Shown here piece after piece: positions 16,289-26,322 of a stretch of 46,570 bases of DNA (its first letter is position 1; each line of letters opens with the position of its first letter). The position numbers and the translations under genes are program-made. The stretch spans positions 1 to 46,570 of the forward strand of contig DATKYY010000050.1 of NCBI GenBank assembly GCA_035528295.1. The letters are read 5' to 3'. Origin of the DNA: Dehalococcoidales bacterium. Its GTDB lineage: Bacteria; Chloroflexota; Dehalococcoidia; Dehalococcoidales; JAUYDJ01. The notes under the pieces were generated by a model. The model was not told the origin of the DNA and did no database searches. It saw nothing but the letters and a program-made list of their open reading frames with translations.

Positions 16289-17491
16289 ATGGCTAAACAG
16301 AAATTTGAGCGCACCAAGCCGCACTGTAACGTGGGCACCATCGGTCATGTTGACCATGGCAAAACAACCTTAACTTCGGCGATTACCATGGTACTGTCTA
16401 AGGTAGGTTCAACCCAGTATCGCGAGTTCGGCAGTATCGATAATGCGCCTGAGGAGAAGGCGAGAGGCTTAACTATTGCCATTGCCCACATTGAGTACGA
16501 GACAGAGAAGCGGCATTATGCTCACATCGACTGCCCGGGGCATGCCGATTATATTAAGAACATGATTACCGGGGCAGCCCAAATGGACGGCGCAATACTG
16601 GTGGTAAGCGCCCCTGATGGCCCGATGCCTCAGACCAGGGAGCATCTCCTGTTAGCCCGTCAGGTGGAAGTTCCGGCTATGGTCGTCTGCCTCAATAAAG
16701 TTGACATGATGGATGACGAGGAGCTTCTGGAGCTGGTGGAGATGGAGATGCGGGAACTGCTCACTAAATACAAGTTCCCTGGTGATGAGGTGCCCATGAT
16801 CAGGGTGAGTGCGCTTAAGGTACTGGAATGCGGATGTGGCAAGAGAGAGTGCCAGTGGTGCGGCGGCATCTGGCAGCTGATGGATGCAATTGATAGCTAT
16901 ATCCCGGTTCCGGTGAGGCCCAAAGACCAGCCCTTCCTGATGCCGGTTGAGGATGTTTTCAGCATCAAAGGGCGTGGCACCGTGCCTACGGGCAGGGTTG
17001 AAAGGGGTGTGCTTAAGGCCGGTGACGAGATTGAGATTGTCGGCTTGCACCATGAGCCGCGCAAGGTGGTAGTCACCAGTCTGGAGATGTTCCATAAGAT
17101 CCTGGACGAGGTTGAACCGGGAGATGCGGTTGGGGCTCTGCTCCGGGGAGTGGAGCGGGAAGATGTGGAAAGAGGTCAGGTGCTGGCGGCACCCGGCTCG
17201 ATAAAACCGCACACCAAAGCCCAGGCTGAGGTCTACGTCCTGAGCAAAGACGAGGGAGGTAGACATACTCCCTTCTTTAACGGATATAAGCCCCAGTTCT
17301 ATATCAGGACTACTGATGTTACCGGCAGCGTTACGCTACCGGAAGGGGTAGAGATGGTCATGCCTGGTGATAATGTAAATATGGCCATAGAGCTTATTTA
17401 CCCGGTAGCTTTGGAGAAGGGGCTGCGATTTGCCATTCGGGAAGGTGGTAAGACGGTCGGGGCGGGCACCATTACCCGCATCATAGAGTAA
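16289..17491 (+). CDS. tuf: translation elongation factor Tu
   Basis: [18 protein letters not shown] and NKVD G-domain motifs. 400 aa. Sits at the classical position after the tRNA cluster. Confidence 0.97.
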   Translation: MAKQKFERTKPHCNVGTIGHVDHGKTTLTSAITMVLSKVGSTQYREFGSIDNAPEEKARGLTIAIAHIEYETEKRHYAHIDCPGHADYIKNMITGAAQMDGAILVVSAPDGPMPQTREHLLLARQVEVPAMVVCLNKVDMMDDEELLELVEMEMRELLTKYKFPGDEVPMIRVSALKVLECGCGKRECQWCGGIWQLMDAIDSYIPVPVRPKDQPFLMPVEDVFSIKGRGTVPTGRVERGVLKAGDEIEIVGLHHEPRKVVVTSLEMFHKILDEVEPGDAVGALLRGVEREDVERGQVLAAPGSIKPHTKAQAEVYVLSKDEGGRHTPFFNGYKPQFYIRTTDVTGSVTLPEGVEMVMPGDNVNMAIELIYPVALEKGLRFAIREGGKTVGAGTITRIIE

Positions 17492-17494
17492 ATT

Positions 17495-17662
17495 ATGGCG
17501 AAGAAGGCTGAAGCTAGGATTATTATTAGCCTTGCCTGTACCGAGTGTGGGGAGAGGACATACACCACTACTAAAAACAAAAAGAATGACCCACAGCGGT
17601 TAGAGCTTAAAAAGTATTGCCCTCGTTGCCGTGCTCAAAAACTCCATAGAGAGGTGAAATAG
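17495..17662 (+). CDS. rpmG: 50S ribosomal protein L33
   Basis: 55 aa: [55 protein letters not shown], with CxxC...CxxC. Not in the ORF track because it is under 60 aa. Canonical tuf-rpmG-secE-nusG order. Confidence 0.85.
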   Translation: MAKKAEARIIISLACTECGERTYTTTKNKKNDPQRLELKKYCPRCRAQKLHREVK

Positions 17663-17696
17663 CGAGCTATAACCGAGGGCATGAGAGATTTGATTT

Positions 17697-17912
17697 ATGG
17701 CGCATGGTAGTGTTCACCCCAAAAAAGGCAGTTCAAGGTTTAGTTTCGTTGGTGATACGATAGCCGAGTTAAAGAAGGTAGTCTGGCTCACCCGAAGGGA
17801 AGTCGGCTATCTGACTACTCTGGTATTGATTATCTCCCTTGTCGCCGGTTTAGTCCTGGGGGCGTTTGATTTCGGCTTTTCGACACTGGTTGAGTTATTT
17901 TTGGGCGGATAG
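17697..17912 (+). CDS. secE: preprotein translocase subunit SecE
   Basis: 71 aa with one C-terminal TM helix and an ELKKVVW motif. Position is between rpmG and nusG. Confidence 0.8.
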   Translation: MAHGSVHPKKGSSRFSFVGDTIAELKKVVWLTRREVGYLTTLVLIISLVAGLVLGAFDFGFSTLVELFLGG

Positions 17913-17928
17913 CCGAGCCTTCATCTGA

Positions 17929-18474
17929 GTGAGGTTGATAGTGGCCGAGAATGGAAAACAGTGGTTTGTCGTTCATACCTATTCCGGGAACGAAGACAGA
18001 GTCAAGAGGAATCTGGAACAGCGCATCAAGCATATGGATGCTGATGGCGAGATCTTCCAGGTGGTGGTGCCTACCGAGGATGAGATTGAGGTTAAAAACG
18101 GGCAGAGGCACACCGTAACCAAGAAGATATTGCCCGGTTATGTCCTGGTTCAGATGAAGTTCGGCGACCAGAGCTGGAGTATAGTGCGCAATACCCCCGG
18201 CGTCACCGGGTTTGTGAGCAGTGAAAATAAGCCGGTGCCGCTGCAGGAGGAAGAGGTCGGCCGCATCTTGAAACAGATGGAGGAGGAAGCCCCCAAGGTT
18301 AAAGTTGGTTTTCGCAAGGGGCAGAGTATCCGCGTCATTGACGGCCCCTTTATTGATTTTATGGGGGTGGTGGATGAAATAAAGGCGGAGCGAGGCAAGG
18401 TCAAGGTGCTCCTGTTTCTCTTCGGACGGGAAACACCCGTGGAGCTTGACTTCTTGCAGGTGGAGAAACTTTAG
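17929..18474 (+). CDS. nusG: transcription termination/antitermination factor NusG
   Basis: [19 protein letters not shown] domain and a C-terminal KOW motif. The true start may be the GTG at 17941, which has a GAGG SD 7 nt upstream. Confidence 0.93.
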   Translation: MRLIVAENGKQWFVVHTYSGNEDRVKRNLEQRIKHMDADGEIFQVVVPTEDEIEVKNGQRHTVTKKILPGYVLVQMKFGDQSWSIVRNTPGVTGFVSSENKPVPLQEEEVGRILKQMEEEAPKVKVGFRKGQSIRVIDGPFIDFMGVVDEIKAERGKVKVLLFLFGRETPVELDFLQVEKL

Positions 18475-18491
18475 ACTCTATAGGGGAGAAG

Positions 18492-18914
18492 ATGGCGAAG
18501 AAGATAAGAGCCATAATTAAGCTGCAGATTCCAGCCGGGAAGGCAAACCCGGCCCCGCCGGTTGGCTCAGCCCTGGGCCAGCACGGGATTAATATTATGG
18601 GCTTCTGCAAGGAATATAATGAGCGAACCGCCGGTCAGGAAGGGTCGATTATCCCGGCGGAGATAACCGTCTATGAGGACAGGTCATTCAGCTTTGTTAC
18701 CAAAACGCCGCCCACCGCCGATTTACTGAAGAAGGCGGTGGAGCTGGAAAAAGGGAGCAGTGACCCGGCCCGGGAGAAGGTGGCGAAGCTGTCCCGGGAT
18801 AAGCTACGGGAAATTGCCCAGATGAAGATGAAGGACCTCAACGCGGTTGATATTGAGGGGGCGGAGCGAATTATTGCCGGTACCGCCCGAAGTATGGGGA
18901 TTGAGATAGAATAG
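18492..18914 (+). CDS. rplK: 50S ribosomal protein L11
   Basis: [35 protein letters not shown] is canonical L11. Confidence 0.95.
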   Translation: MAKKIRAIIKLQIPAGKANPAPPVGSALGQHGINIMGFCKEYNERTAGQEGSIIPAEITVYEDRSFSFVTKTPPTADLLKKAVELEKGSSDPAREKVAKLSRDKLREIAQMKMKDLNAVDIEGAERIIAGTARSMGIEIE

Positions 18915-18916
18915 AT

Positions 18917-19630
18917 ATGGCTAAGCGCGGTAAAAACTATCAGGAAGCAGTTAAGCTGGTGGACAGGACCAAGCTCTATTCGCCGCAGGAAGCGGTTGAA
19001 ATCGCCCGGCAGATGGCTCACACTAAATTTGACGAGACGCTTGAGCTTCACCTGCGTATGGGGGTTGACCCCCGCAATGCCAGCCAGCAGGTGCGTGGCG
19101 TTGCCCTGCTGCCTCACGGATTGGGCAAGAAGGTACGGGTTGTAGTGTTTGCCCAGGGGGAGGCGGTAAGGGCTGCCGAGTCGGCCGGTGCCGATTACGT
19201 TGGCGGCGATGACCTGGTCAAGAAGATTGAGGGTGGCTGGCTGGATTTTGAGGTGGCGGTGGCTACCCCGGAAATGATGGGCAAGGTAGGTAAGCTGGGC
19301 AAAATCCTGGGTAGACGGGGGCTGATGCCCAACCCCAAATCGGGGACGGTTGTCCCCGCCGCCGACTTGCCCCGGGTGATTGAGGATGCCCGCAAAGGGC
19401 GGGTGGAGTTCAGGCTGGACCGGACCGCTATCATTCACCTGCCTCTGGGCAAAGCGAGCTTTGAGAGTGATAAGCTGATGGCAAACCTGACGGCGGTGGT
19501 GGAGGCGGTGGTTAAGGCTAAGCCCACTGGCGTTAAGGGGCAGTATGTTAAGACGGCCACGCTGGCGACCACTATGGGGCCGGGCATAAAGCTTGACCTC
19601 AAGCCAACCCTTGAATTAACCGCCGGTTAA
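18917..19630 (+). CDS. rplA: 50S ribosomal protein L1
   Basis: [17 protein letters not shown]... is canonical L1. 237 aa. Confidence 0.95.
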   Translation: MAKRGKNYQEAVKLVDRTKLYSPQEAVEIARQMAHTKFDETLELHLRMGVDPRNASQQVRGVALLPHGLGKKVRVVVFAQGEAVRAAESAGADYVGGDDLVKKIEGGWLDFEVAVATPEMMGKVGKLGKILGRRGLMPNPKSGTVVPAADLPRVIEDARKGRVEFRLDRTAIIHLPLGKASFESDKLMANLTAVVEAVVKAKPTGVKGQYVKTATLATTMGPGIKLDLKPTLELTAG

Positions 19631-19774
19631 TGCTATATTAATTAAAGCGTCATTTCCGAAGACAGCGGGTGCCGGTTAAGGCTTAAATTTGTGCCTGCCG
19701 AGGAAGCTTGTTGCGTTAAACAGCTGTCCTTGTGCCTGGCACGAGGACTTATTTTTTTGTAGAGAGGTAAGCAG
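19631..19774 (+). promoter_or_regulatory. L10 (rplJ) leader with terminator-like hairpin
   Basis: 144-nt untranslated gap before rplJ. GTCCTTGTGCC..GGCACGAGGAC (19726-19748) is followed by TTATTTTTTT. The upstream GTGCCTGCCGAGGAAGC could pair alternatively. Confidence 0.5.
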
Positions 19775-20299
19775 ATGTCGAAAGAGAAGAAGGCGGAGAC
19801 TATTGATAAGCTGAAGGAAGCCATTGCCAGTTGTAGCGTGGCTATTTTTACCGACTATCGCGGCTTGTCTGCCTCGGAGGCGACTGTCCTGCGCAACAAG
19901 CTGCGGGCGTCAGGCATTGAGTACCGCGTGGTCAAGAACACCCTGGCCCGTTTCGCGGTGGAAAGGGCCGGCCGGGATGATTTGGTCAGCTTTTTTGAGG
20001 GGCCGGTCGCCATTGCCTTTGGCTATGGCGAGATAACCGACCCAGCCCGAGCTTTATCTGACTATATCGACGCCACCAAGGCGACCCTGAGTGTTAAAGG
20101 CGGCTTTTTCGGCGATAGATTACTTACCGCTGCTGATGTGGAAGTCCTGGCTAAATTGCCGTCAAGAGAAGTATTAATCGCCAGGGTTGTCGGTGGGCTG
20201 CAGAGTCCCATAGCCGCATTGGTTAATTATCTTACCGCCCCGATAAGGGGGGTTATGTTTGGGTTACAGGCTAGAATTCAACAATTGGAGGGAGAATAA
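19775..20299 (+). CDS. rplJ: 50S ribosomal protein L10
   Basis: 174 aa with typical L10 sequence, positioned between rplA and rplL. Confidence 0.93.
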   Translation: MSKEKKAETIDKLKEAIASCSVAIFTDYRGLSASEATVLRNKLRASGIEYRVVKNTLARFAVERAGRDDLVSFFEGPVAIAFGYGEITDPARALSDYIDATKATLSVKGGFFGDRLLTAADVEVLAKLPSREVLIARVVGGLQSPIAALVNYLTAPIRGVMFGLQARIQQLEGE

Positions 20300-20300
20300 G

Positions 20301-20966
20301 ATGCCGGAAGATAAGTTAGAAGCACAGCCAGAGAACACGGAAGAGGCGGCGGAAGCCGAAGTAAAAGAAGAAACTGCCGAGGAAGTAGCCGAGGCGGCGG
20401 AAAAGAAACCGGAAGAGGCCGAGGAAGCCAAGGAGGCTGCTCCGGAGGCTGAGGCAAAGCAAGAAGAAGCCGCGGGGCCAGCCAAAGTTGAGGAGAAGGC
20501 CGAGGCACCGGTAGCCGCCGGGCCAGCCAAGGCTGAAGCGAAGAAAGAAGCCGTGGAGAAGCCAAAGCTGGCGGTTAAAGCCGAAAAGCGAGCGCCCGTC
20601 ATTGATAATATCATGGCGACCGTGAAGAAGATGACCGTCCTTGAGCTGTCCCAGCTGGTTAAGGCAATGGAGGAGGACTTTGGTGTTACCGCAGCCGCGC
20701 TAGTGGCGGCACCGGCGGGAGGGGGTGCTGCGGCACCAGCCGCTGCCGAGGAGAAAACCGAGTTCAACGTGATTCTGAAGGCAGTTGGCGCCAACAAGAT
20801 TAGCGTCATCAAGACGGTGCGGGAATTGACCACACTGGGGTTGAAGGAGTCCAAAGACCTGGTGGAGGGTGCGCCCAAGCCGGTAAAAGAAGGGGTTAAC
20901 AAGGACGAGGCGGCCGCCGCCAAGAAGAAGCTGGAAGAGGCGGGGGCTACTGCCGAGATTGTCTAA
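20301..20966 (+). CDS. rplL: 50S ribosomal protein L7/L12 with an N-terminal Glu/Ala/Lys-rich extension of about 100 aa
   Basis: ATG at 20301 with a GGAGGGAG SD 8 nt upstream. The canonical L7/L12 sequence ([29 protein letters not shown] ... [21 protein letters not shown]) begins only at about residue 100. Confidence 0.85.
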   Translation: MPEDKLEAQPENTEEAAEAEVKEETAEEVAEAAEKKPEEAEEAKEAAPEAEAKQEEAAGPAKVEEKAEAPVAAGPAKAEAKKEAVEKPKLAVKAEKRAPVIDNIMATVKKMTVLELSQLVKAMEEDFGVTAAALVAAPAGGGAAAPAAAEEKTEFNVILKAVGANKISVIKTVRELTTLGLKESKDLVEGAPKPVKEGVNKDEAAAAKKKLEEAGATAEIV

Positions 20967-21005
20967 TTGCCTGAGTAAATACACCCCGGTATGGGGGAGG
21001 TTGAT

Positions 21006-21263
21006 ATGCTTCAGGCAGATTGGCTTTTTATAATAGGCGCTGGTGGTTTGTTTCTCCTGCTTGGTGCGGGGGCAATTTTCTGGGACTGGCGGGAACAGAA
21101 GGCATACTACGATGCCATTGTCAGCCGCCGGGATACCCGGGAGTATCTGGAACATTACCCCCAGCGTCCCCAGTTCGGCGCCCTGAAGATAGGCGGCTGG
21201 ATTGCCCTTGCCATCGGTTTCATCTTGCTGATTATGGGTGGCGCCTTCCGGCTCTGGGGCTGA
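21006..21263 (+). CDS. small membrane protein, about 85 aa, two hydrophobic helices
   Basis: The ATG at 21006 has a GGGGGAGG SD 5 nt upstream. The track start at 20991 is in frame. No family was recognised. Confidence 0.5.
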   Translation: MLQADWLFIIGAGGLFLLLGAGAIFWDWREQKAYYDAIVSRRDTREYLEHYPQRPQFGALKIGGWIALAIGFILLIMGGAFRLWG

Positions 21264-21278
21264 TTACCGGCGTAAGGG

Positions 21279-22796
21279 CTACACCATCTGTCTCGGGCGG
21301 TACTGGACGGCTTCAGCCAGGTGGTGGGCTTTGATTATCCCGGCATTTTCCAGGTCGGCGATGGTGCGGGCCAGCTTCAGGATGCGGTGGAAGGCACGGG
21401 CGGAGAGATAGAGCTGCTTCATGGCTGCCTTCAGCAGGCTCTGGGCGGACTCCTCTGCCTGACAGAATTCCCTGACTTCGGTGGGCATCATATCGGCGTT
21501 ACAGCTCAGCTTTGTCCCCTGAAAGCGCTGGTGCTGTATAAGGCGGGCGGCGTTGACCCTCTCCTGGACCCTATCTGATTTTTCCCCAAGGCGGTTATCG
21601 GCCAGCTTTTCGTAGTCAATATGGGGCACTTCAATGAAGATATCCACCCGGTCAATGAAGGGCCCGCTGATGCGCCGCTGGTACCGCGAGACCAGACCGG
21701 CGGGGCAGGTGCAGCGCCGAAACGGATCGCCATAGTAGCCGCAGGGGCACGGGTTCATGGCACCGACCAGAATAAAATTGGCCGGGAAGGTGACACTACC
21801 CTGGGCCCGGCTGATGGTGATTACCTTGTCTTCTAATGGTTGGCGCAGGGTTTCCAGCAGCGAGTGTCCGAATTCGGGTAGCTCATCAAGGAAGAGCACC
21901 CCGCGGTGGCTGAGGCTTATTTCCCCCGGTCTGGGCCAGTGCCCGCCCCCCACCAGACCGGCGCTGGAAATGGTGTAATGGGGGGAACGAAAGGGGCGCT
22001 GCCTCATCAACGGAGTATCCGTGGGCAGCAGACCGCTGACGCTGTATATCTTGGTAACCTCCAGTGCTTCCTCACTGGTCGTCGGTGGCATTATTGAGGG
22101 GAGGGCACGCGCCAGCAGTGTCTTGCCGCTGCCCGGCGGGCCCAGCATTATTATATTATGCCCCCCGGCGGCGGCTACTTCTAAAGCCCGCTTGACGTGC
22201 TCCTGCCCTTTAATCTCGGCCAGGTCGGTGGTGACCGGGGGTGGGGTATAATCCTCGGTTTTATCGGGTATATACTCCGGAATCTCAATTTCGCCCCGGA
22301 AGTGACTGATCAGCTGGGAGAGCGATGTTGCCGGCCTTATCTTGACGCCCTCAACCAGGGAAGCCTCCTTTACATCGGCGGCCGGGGCGATGATATTGGC
22401 GAACCCTTCCTGGTGGGCGAGGGCGACCATGGGCAGTATGCCGGTGGTGTGGCGCAGGGTGCCGTCCAGTGACAGCTCGCCGAGTAAGACAGTCTGGGCG
22501 GTATCGGCATATAGTTGCTCGGAGCTGAGCAGGATACCAATGGCAATGGGCAAATCATAGGCGGGACCGGCTTTCTTCAGGGCCGCCGGAGCCAGGTTGA
22601 CCACGATGCGCTTCAGGGGGAAGGTGCAGCCGGAGTTGCGAATGGCAGCCCGGACCCGCTCCCTGGCTTCCTGAACGGCAGCGTCGGGCAGGCCAACAAT
22701 AGTAAACGATGGTAAGCCGTGGGAAATATCTACCTCAACCTCAACAATCTCCCCCTCCAGCCCGACCACGGCACAGGTCATTACTTTAGCTAGCAT
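21279..22796 (-). CDS. yifB: YifB/ComM-family Mg-chelatase-like AAA+ ATPase
   Basis: 505 aa with Walker A GPPGSGKT, a ChlI-type AAA+ core and a C-terminal domain typical of YifB/ComM. Confidence 0.9.
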   Translation of the reverse strand: MLAKVMTCAVVGLEGEIVEVEVDISHGLPSFTIVGLPDAAVQEARERVRAAIRNSGCTFPLKRIVVNLAPAALKKAGPAYDLPIAIGILLSSEQLYADTAQTVLLGELSLDGTLRHTTGILPMVALAHQEGFANIIAPAADVKEASLVEGVKIRPATSLSQLISHFRGEIEIPEYIPDKTEDYTPPPVTTDLAEIKGQEHVKRALEVAAAGGHNIIMLGPPGSGKTLLARALPSIMPPTTSEEALEVTKIYSVSGLLPTDTPLMRQRPFRSPHYTISSAGLVGGGHWPRPGEISLSHRGVLFLDELPEFGHSLLETLRQPLEDKVITISRAQGSVTFPANFILVGAMNPCPCGYYGDPFRRCTCPAGLVSRYQRRISGPFIDRVDIFIEVPHIDYEKLADNRLGEKSDRVQERVNAARLIQHQRFQGTKLSCNADMMPTEVREFCQAEESAQSLLKAAMKQLYLSARAFHRILKLARTIADLENAGIIKAHHLAEAVQYRPRQMV

Positions 22797-22894
22797 AGCT
22801 TTTTCTTATGTTAATCCCAGACCTGTCGGCTGTCAACGGGTAAAACTTGTGAGGGGTTCAGCCCTGATGTTAAAATAAGTCTTTGGAGGAGATT

Positions 22895-25774
22895 ATGCCG
22901 CTTGATTCCATTATTGTTAAAGGGGCGCGGGAGCACAACCTGAAGAATATTGATGTGGTCATCCCCCGCGATAAACTGGTGGTGATTACCGGCGTCTCCG
23001 GTTCGGGCAAAAGCTCGCTCGCCTTTGACACCATCTATGCCGAGGGGCAGCGCCGCTATGTGGAGTCTCTCTCTGCCTATGCCCGCCAGTTTTTAGGCAG
23101 GATGGAGAAGCCCGATGTTGACAATATTGAGGGCTTGAGCCCGGCGATTTCTATTGACCAGAAGGGAACGAGCCGCAATCCACGCTCCACGGTGGGCACG
23201 GTAACCGAAATCTATGATTACCTCAGGCTGCTTTTCGCCCGGACCGGCCACCCCCACTGCCCCCGCTGCGGGCGGGAAATTACCACCCAGACCGTGCAGC
23301 AGATTGTGGATGCCATCCAGAACCTCCCCCAGAACAGCCGGATTATGATTATGGCGCCCTTAATCAGGGACCGCAAGGGTGAGTACCAGGCGGTTTTTGA
23401 CGACCTGGGCAAGGCGGGCTATGTCCGGGTTAGGGTTGACGGGCATGTCTATGACCTGTCTCAGGAAATTCAGCTGGATAAAAATAAAAAGCACGCTATT
23501 GAAGCGGTAGTGGATAGATTGGTCGTCGGGCAGAGCGGCAGCCAGAGCCGTATTGCTGATTCGGTGGAGACCGCCCTCAAGCTGGGGGCGGGGGTGGTGC
23601 TGGTGTCCATTGTGGACGGTGAGGAGCTGCTCTTCTCGGAGCACTTTGCCTGTGTCTACTGCGGCATCAGTCTGGGTGAAATTGCCCCCCGCACCTTCAG
23701 TTTTAACAGCCCCCATGGGGCCTGCCCCGCCTGCACCGGGCTGGGGATGAAGATGGAGGTAGAACCCGACCTGCTCATCCCCAACCGGGAGTTATCTATC
23801 GCCCAGGGGGCGATACACCCCGGCTGGTGGCTTTCCTGGCATATGGATGAGCTCAGGATGCTGGGCAGGCGCTATGGTTTTTCCCTGGATACGCCGGCTA
23901 AAGAACTGAGCGAACACCAGCTTAAATTGATACTTTATGGAGAAGATGGGGAGCTGGTGCAGTACCGCAACCGCTACGGGCGGGTCAGGGAGTGTTTCAG
24001 TGGCTATGAAGGGGTGATTCCCTATCTGGAGCGGCTGAGCCGTGATACCCAGTCGGAGCGCAGCCGTGCCGAGATTGGACGCTATATGGCGACCACCCCC
24101 TGTCTGGTCTGTGAGGGCAAACGGCTCAAGCCGGAGTCCCTGGCGGTGACCATCGGCGGCCAGAATATTATGGATGTCGGTGCCATGTCGGTTGTCCAGG
24201 CAATGAAGTGGCTGACTGCCATTGATAAGCGGGTGCTCAGTAAACGGGAGCGAATCATCGCCCGGCAGATTATCAAGGAGATTCAAGGCCGCCTCGGTTT
24301 CCTGAAGGATATCGGTCTGGACTATCTGAGCATTGACCGTGCCTCGGCTACTTTAAGTGGCGGTGAGGCACAGCGGATTCGGCTGGCTACCCAGATTGGT
24401 AGCGGGCTGATGGGGGTGCTCTATATCTGCGATGAGCCGACGGTGGGGCTGCACCCGGCGGATGACTACCGCCTGATTGAGACCCTGAAGAGACTGAGGG
24501 ATTTGGGCAATACCATACTGATTGTGGAACACGATGAAGCCATGATGCGTGCCGCCGACCATATTATTGATATGGGACCGGGGGCGGGGGAGCACGGGGG
24601 GTGGATTGTAACCACCGGCTCCCTGGCTGATGTGTTGAACTGTAAAGAGTCAATCACCGGCCAGTACCTCAGCGGCGCAAAGCAGATTCCGTTACCGGCC
24701 AGGCGTCGCCCCGGTTCGGGGCAGGAAATAGTCATCAAGGGGGCCCGGCAGAATAACCTGAAGAATATTGATGTCCGTATTCCGCTGGGCAAGTTTGTCG
24801 GCATTACCGGGGTTTCCGGCAGCGGTAAGAGCACCCTGATTGATGAAATCATGTACAAAAAGCTGGCTCAGCTCTTCTACAAGTCGCGGGAGAGGGCGGG
24901 CGATTGTGATGAGATTATCGGGGTGGAGCATATTGATAAGGTGGTCAATATTGACCAGTCTCCCATCGGGCGCACCCCCCGCAGCAACCCGGTGACCTAT
25001 ACCGGCGTTTTTACCCCCATCCGGGAGCTGTTTGCCACTGTTCCCGAAGCTAGAATGAGGGGCTATGCCCCGGGGCGGTTTTCTTTCAATGTTAAGGGCG
25101 GGCGTTGTGAAGCCTGCCGTGGCGAGGGCTTTATCCAGATTGAGATGCAGTTTTTGCCTGACGTGACCGTCCCCTGCGAGGTGTGCAAGGGGAAGCGCTA
25201 TAACCGTGAGGCTCTGGAGATTAGATTTAAGGGGAAGAACATTGCCGAAGTGCTGGATATGACCGTGGCGCAGTCACTGGCTTTCTTTGAGCACTTCCCC
25301 CGGGTAAGGGGCAAGCTGGAGACCCTGCGCGATGTCGGGCTGGGTTATATTCACCTCGGTCAGCCGGCACCTACCCTCTCCGGCGGTGAAGCGCAGCGGG
25401 TCAAGCTGGCTACCGAGCTGTCACGGCGCTCTACGGGCAGGACGCTTTATATTCTCGATGAGCCGACCACCGGCCTCGCCTTTGAGGATGTGGCGGTACT
25501 GCTGAGGGTGCTGCAGCGCCTGGTTGATGCCGGTAATACGGTGGTGGTCATTGAGCACCACCTTGACGTGATTAAAAATGCCGATTATATCGTTGACCTC
25601 GGCCCCGGGGCCGGTGACCAGGGAGGCTATATCGTGGCTACCGGCACCCCTGAGGAGATTGCCGGGGAGAAAAAATCAGCCACCGGGCAGTATCTGGCCA
25701 GGGTATTAAAGAGGGGTGTCGATTATGCTTTGACGGCTCAGCCGCAGTCTGCTATGCTAGGGGAAGAAAAATGA
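22895..25774 (+). CDS. uvrA: excinuclease ABC subunit A
   Basis: Duplicated ABC ATPase ([10 protein letters not shown] twice, LSGGEAQR twice) and zinc modules CxxC...CxxC. The ATG at 22895 follows GGAGGAG. The track's TTG at 22883 is inside that SD. Confidence 0.95.
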   Translation: MPLDSIIVKGAREHNLKNIDVVIPRDKLVVITGVSGSGKSSLAFDTIYAEGQRRYVESLSAYARQFLGRMEKPDVDNIEGLSPAISIDQKGTSRNPRSTVGTVTEIYDYLRLLFARTGHPHCPRCGREITTQTVQQIVDAIQNLPQNSRIMIMAPLIRDRKGEYQAVFDDLGKAGYVRVRVDGHVYDLSQEIQLDKNKKHAIEAVVDRLVVGQSGSQSRIADSVETALKLGAGVVLVSIVDGEELLFSEHFACVYCGISLGEIAPRTFSFNSPHGACPACTGLGMKMEVEPDLLIPNRELSIAQGAIHPGWWLSWHMDELRMLGRRYGFSLDTPAKELSEHQLKLILYGEDGELVQYRNRYGRVRECFSGYEGVIPYLERLSRDTQSERSRAEIGRYMATTPCLVCEGKRLKPESLAVTIGGQNIMDVGAMSVVQAMKWLTAIDKRVLSKRERIIARQIIKEIQGRLGFLKDIGLDYLSIDRASATLSGGEAQRIRLATQIGSGLMGVLYICDEPTVGLHPADDYRLIETLKRLRDLGNTILIVEHDEAMMRAADHIIDMGPGAGEHGGWIVTTGSLADVLNCKESITGQYLSGAKQIPLPARRRPGSGQEIVIKGARQNNLKNIDVRIPLGKFVGITGVSGSGKSTLIDEIMYKKLAQLFYKSRERAGDCDEIIGVEHIDKVVNIDQSPIGRTPRSNPVTYTGVFTPIRELFATVPEARMRGYAPGRFSFNVKGGRCEACRGEGFIQIEMQFLPDVTVPCEVCKGKRYNREALEIRFKGKNIAEVLDMTVAQSLAFFEHFPRVRGKLETLRDVGLGYIHLGQPAPTLSGGEAQRVKLATELSRRSTGRTLYILDEPTTGLAFEDVAVLLRVLQRLVDAGNTVVVIEHHLDVIKNADYIVDLGPGAGDQGGYIVATGTPEEIAGEKKSATGQYLARVLKRGVDYALTAQPQSAMLGEEK

Positions 25775-26322
25775 CTCGAGAAGAAGCAGTCGATTCAGTT
25801 AAGTCCAGTGTAGAGAACGAGAATCTGGTCAAGCATATGCTGGCTACCGAGGCGATTATGCGTGCCCTGGCCAGGCATTTGGGTGAGGATGAGGAGGAGT
25901 GGGGGCTTACCGGTCTTCTCCACGATATTGACGTGGAACTCACTGAAGGGGATATGAGCAGCCACAGTAAGCTGGGCGCTGACCTGGCGCGGGAGCTGGG
26001 GGCAAGTGAGGCGATGGCCCATGCTATCCTGTGCCACAATGAGATGCACGGTGTTGCCCAGACCAGCAAACTGGACAAGGCGCTGTTTTGCGCTGACCCG
26101 CTTACCGGCTTGATTACCGCGGCGACTCTGGTTCGCCCCGATAAAAAACTGGCTAATCTTGAGGCTAAATCGGTCGGCAAAAGATTCAAAGAGAAGAGCT
26201 TCGCCGCCGGAGCCAACCGGGAGCAGATTGCCAAGTGCAGTGAACTCGGACTTGAGCTTGATGAGTTTATTGAGCTCGGCCTGAAGGCAATGCAGGGCGT
26301 TGCCGCCGACCTCGGTCTCTAG
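25771..26322 (+). CDS. HD-domain hydrolase (HDIG/COG2316-like)
   Basis: [10 protein letters not shown] motif. 183 aa. The start overlaps the uvrA stop (ATGA). Confidence 0.7.
   Translation: MTREEAVDSVKSSVENENLVKHMLATEAIMRALARHLGEDEEEWGLTGLLHDIDVELTEGDMSSHSKLGADLARELGASEAMAHAILCHNEMHGVAQTSKLDKALFCADPLTGLITAATLVRPDKKLANLEAKSVGKRFKEKSFAAGANREQIAKCSELGLELDEFIELGLKAMQGVAADLGL

Noticed and set aside
18671-19438. 255-aa minus-strand ORF antisense to rplK/rplA. The same applies to 20264..20923 antisense to rplL and 42360..43331 antisense to atpD/atpC.
   Set aside because: These are shadow ORFs opposite universally conserved genes. Their translations are low-complexity (Ser/Ala/Pro/Leu-rich) and reflect the complement of Glu/Ala/Lys-rich codons.
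20259-20300. Track start of rplL at 20259, inside rplJ.
   Set aside because: It overlaps the rplJ C-terminus. The ATG at 20301 has a strong SD and lies directly after the rplJ stop.
22797-22894. SOS/LexA operator upstream of uvrA.
   Set aside because: No GAAC-N4-GTTC-type or other convincing palindrome is present. Only a TTGTGA-18-TAAAAT promoter-like element was seen.
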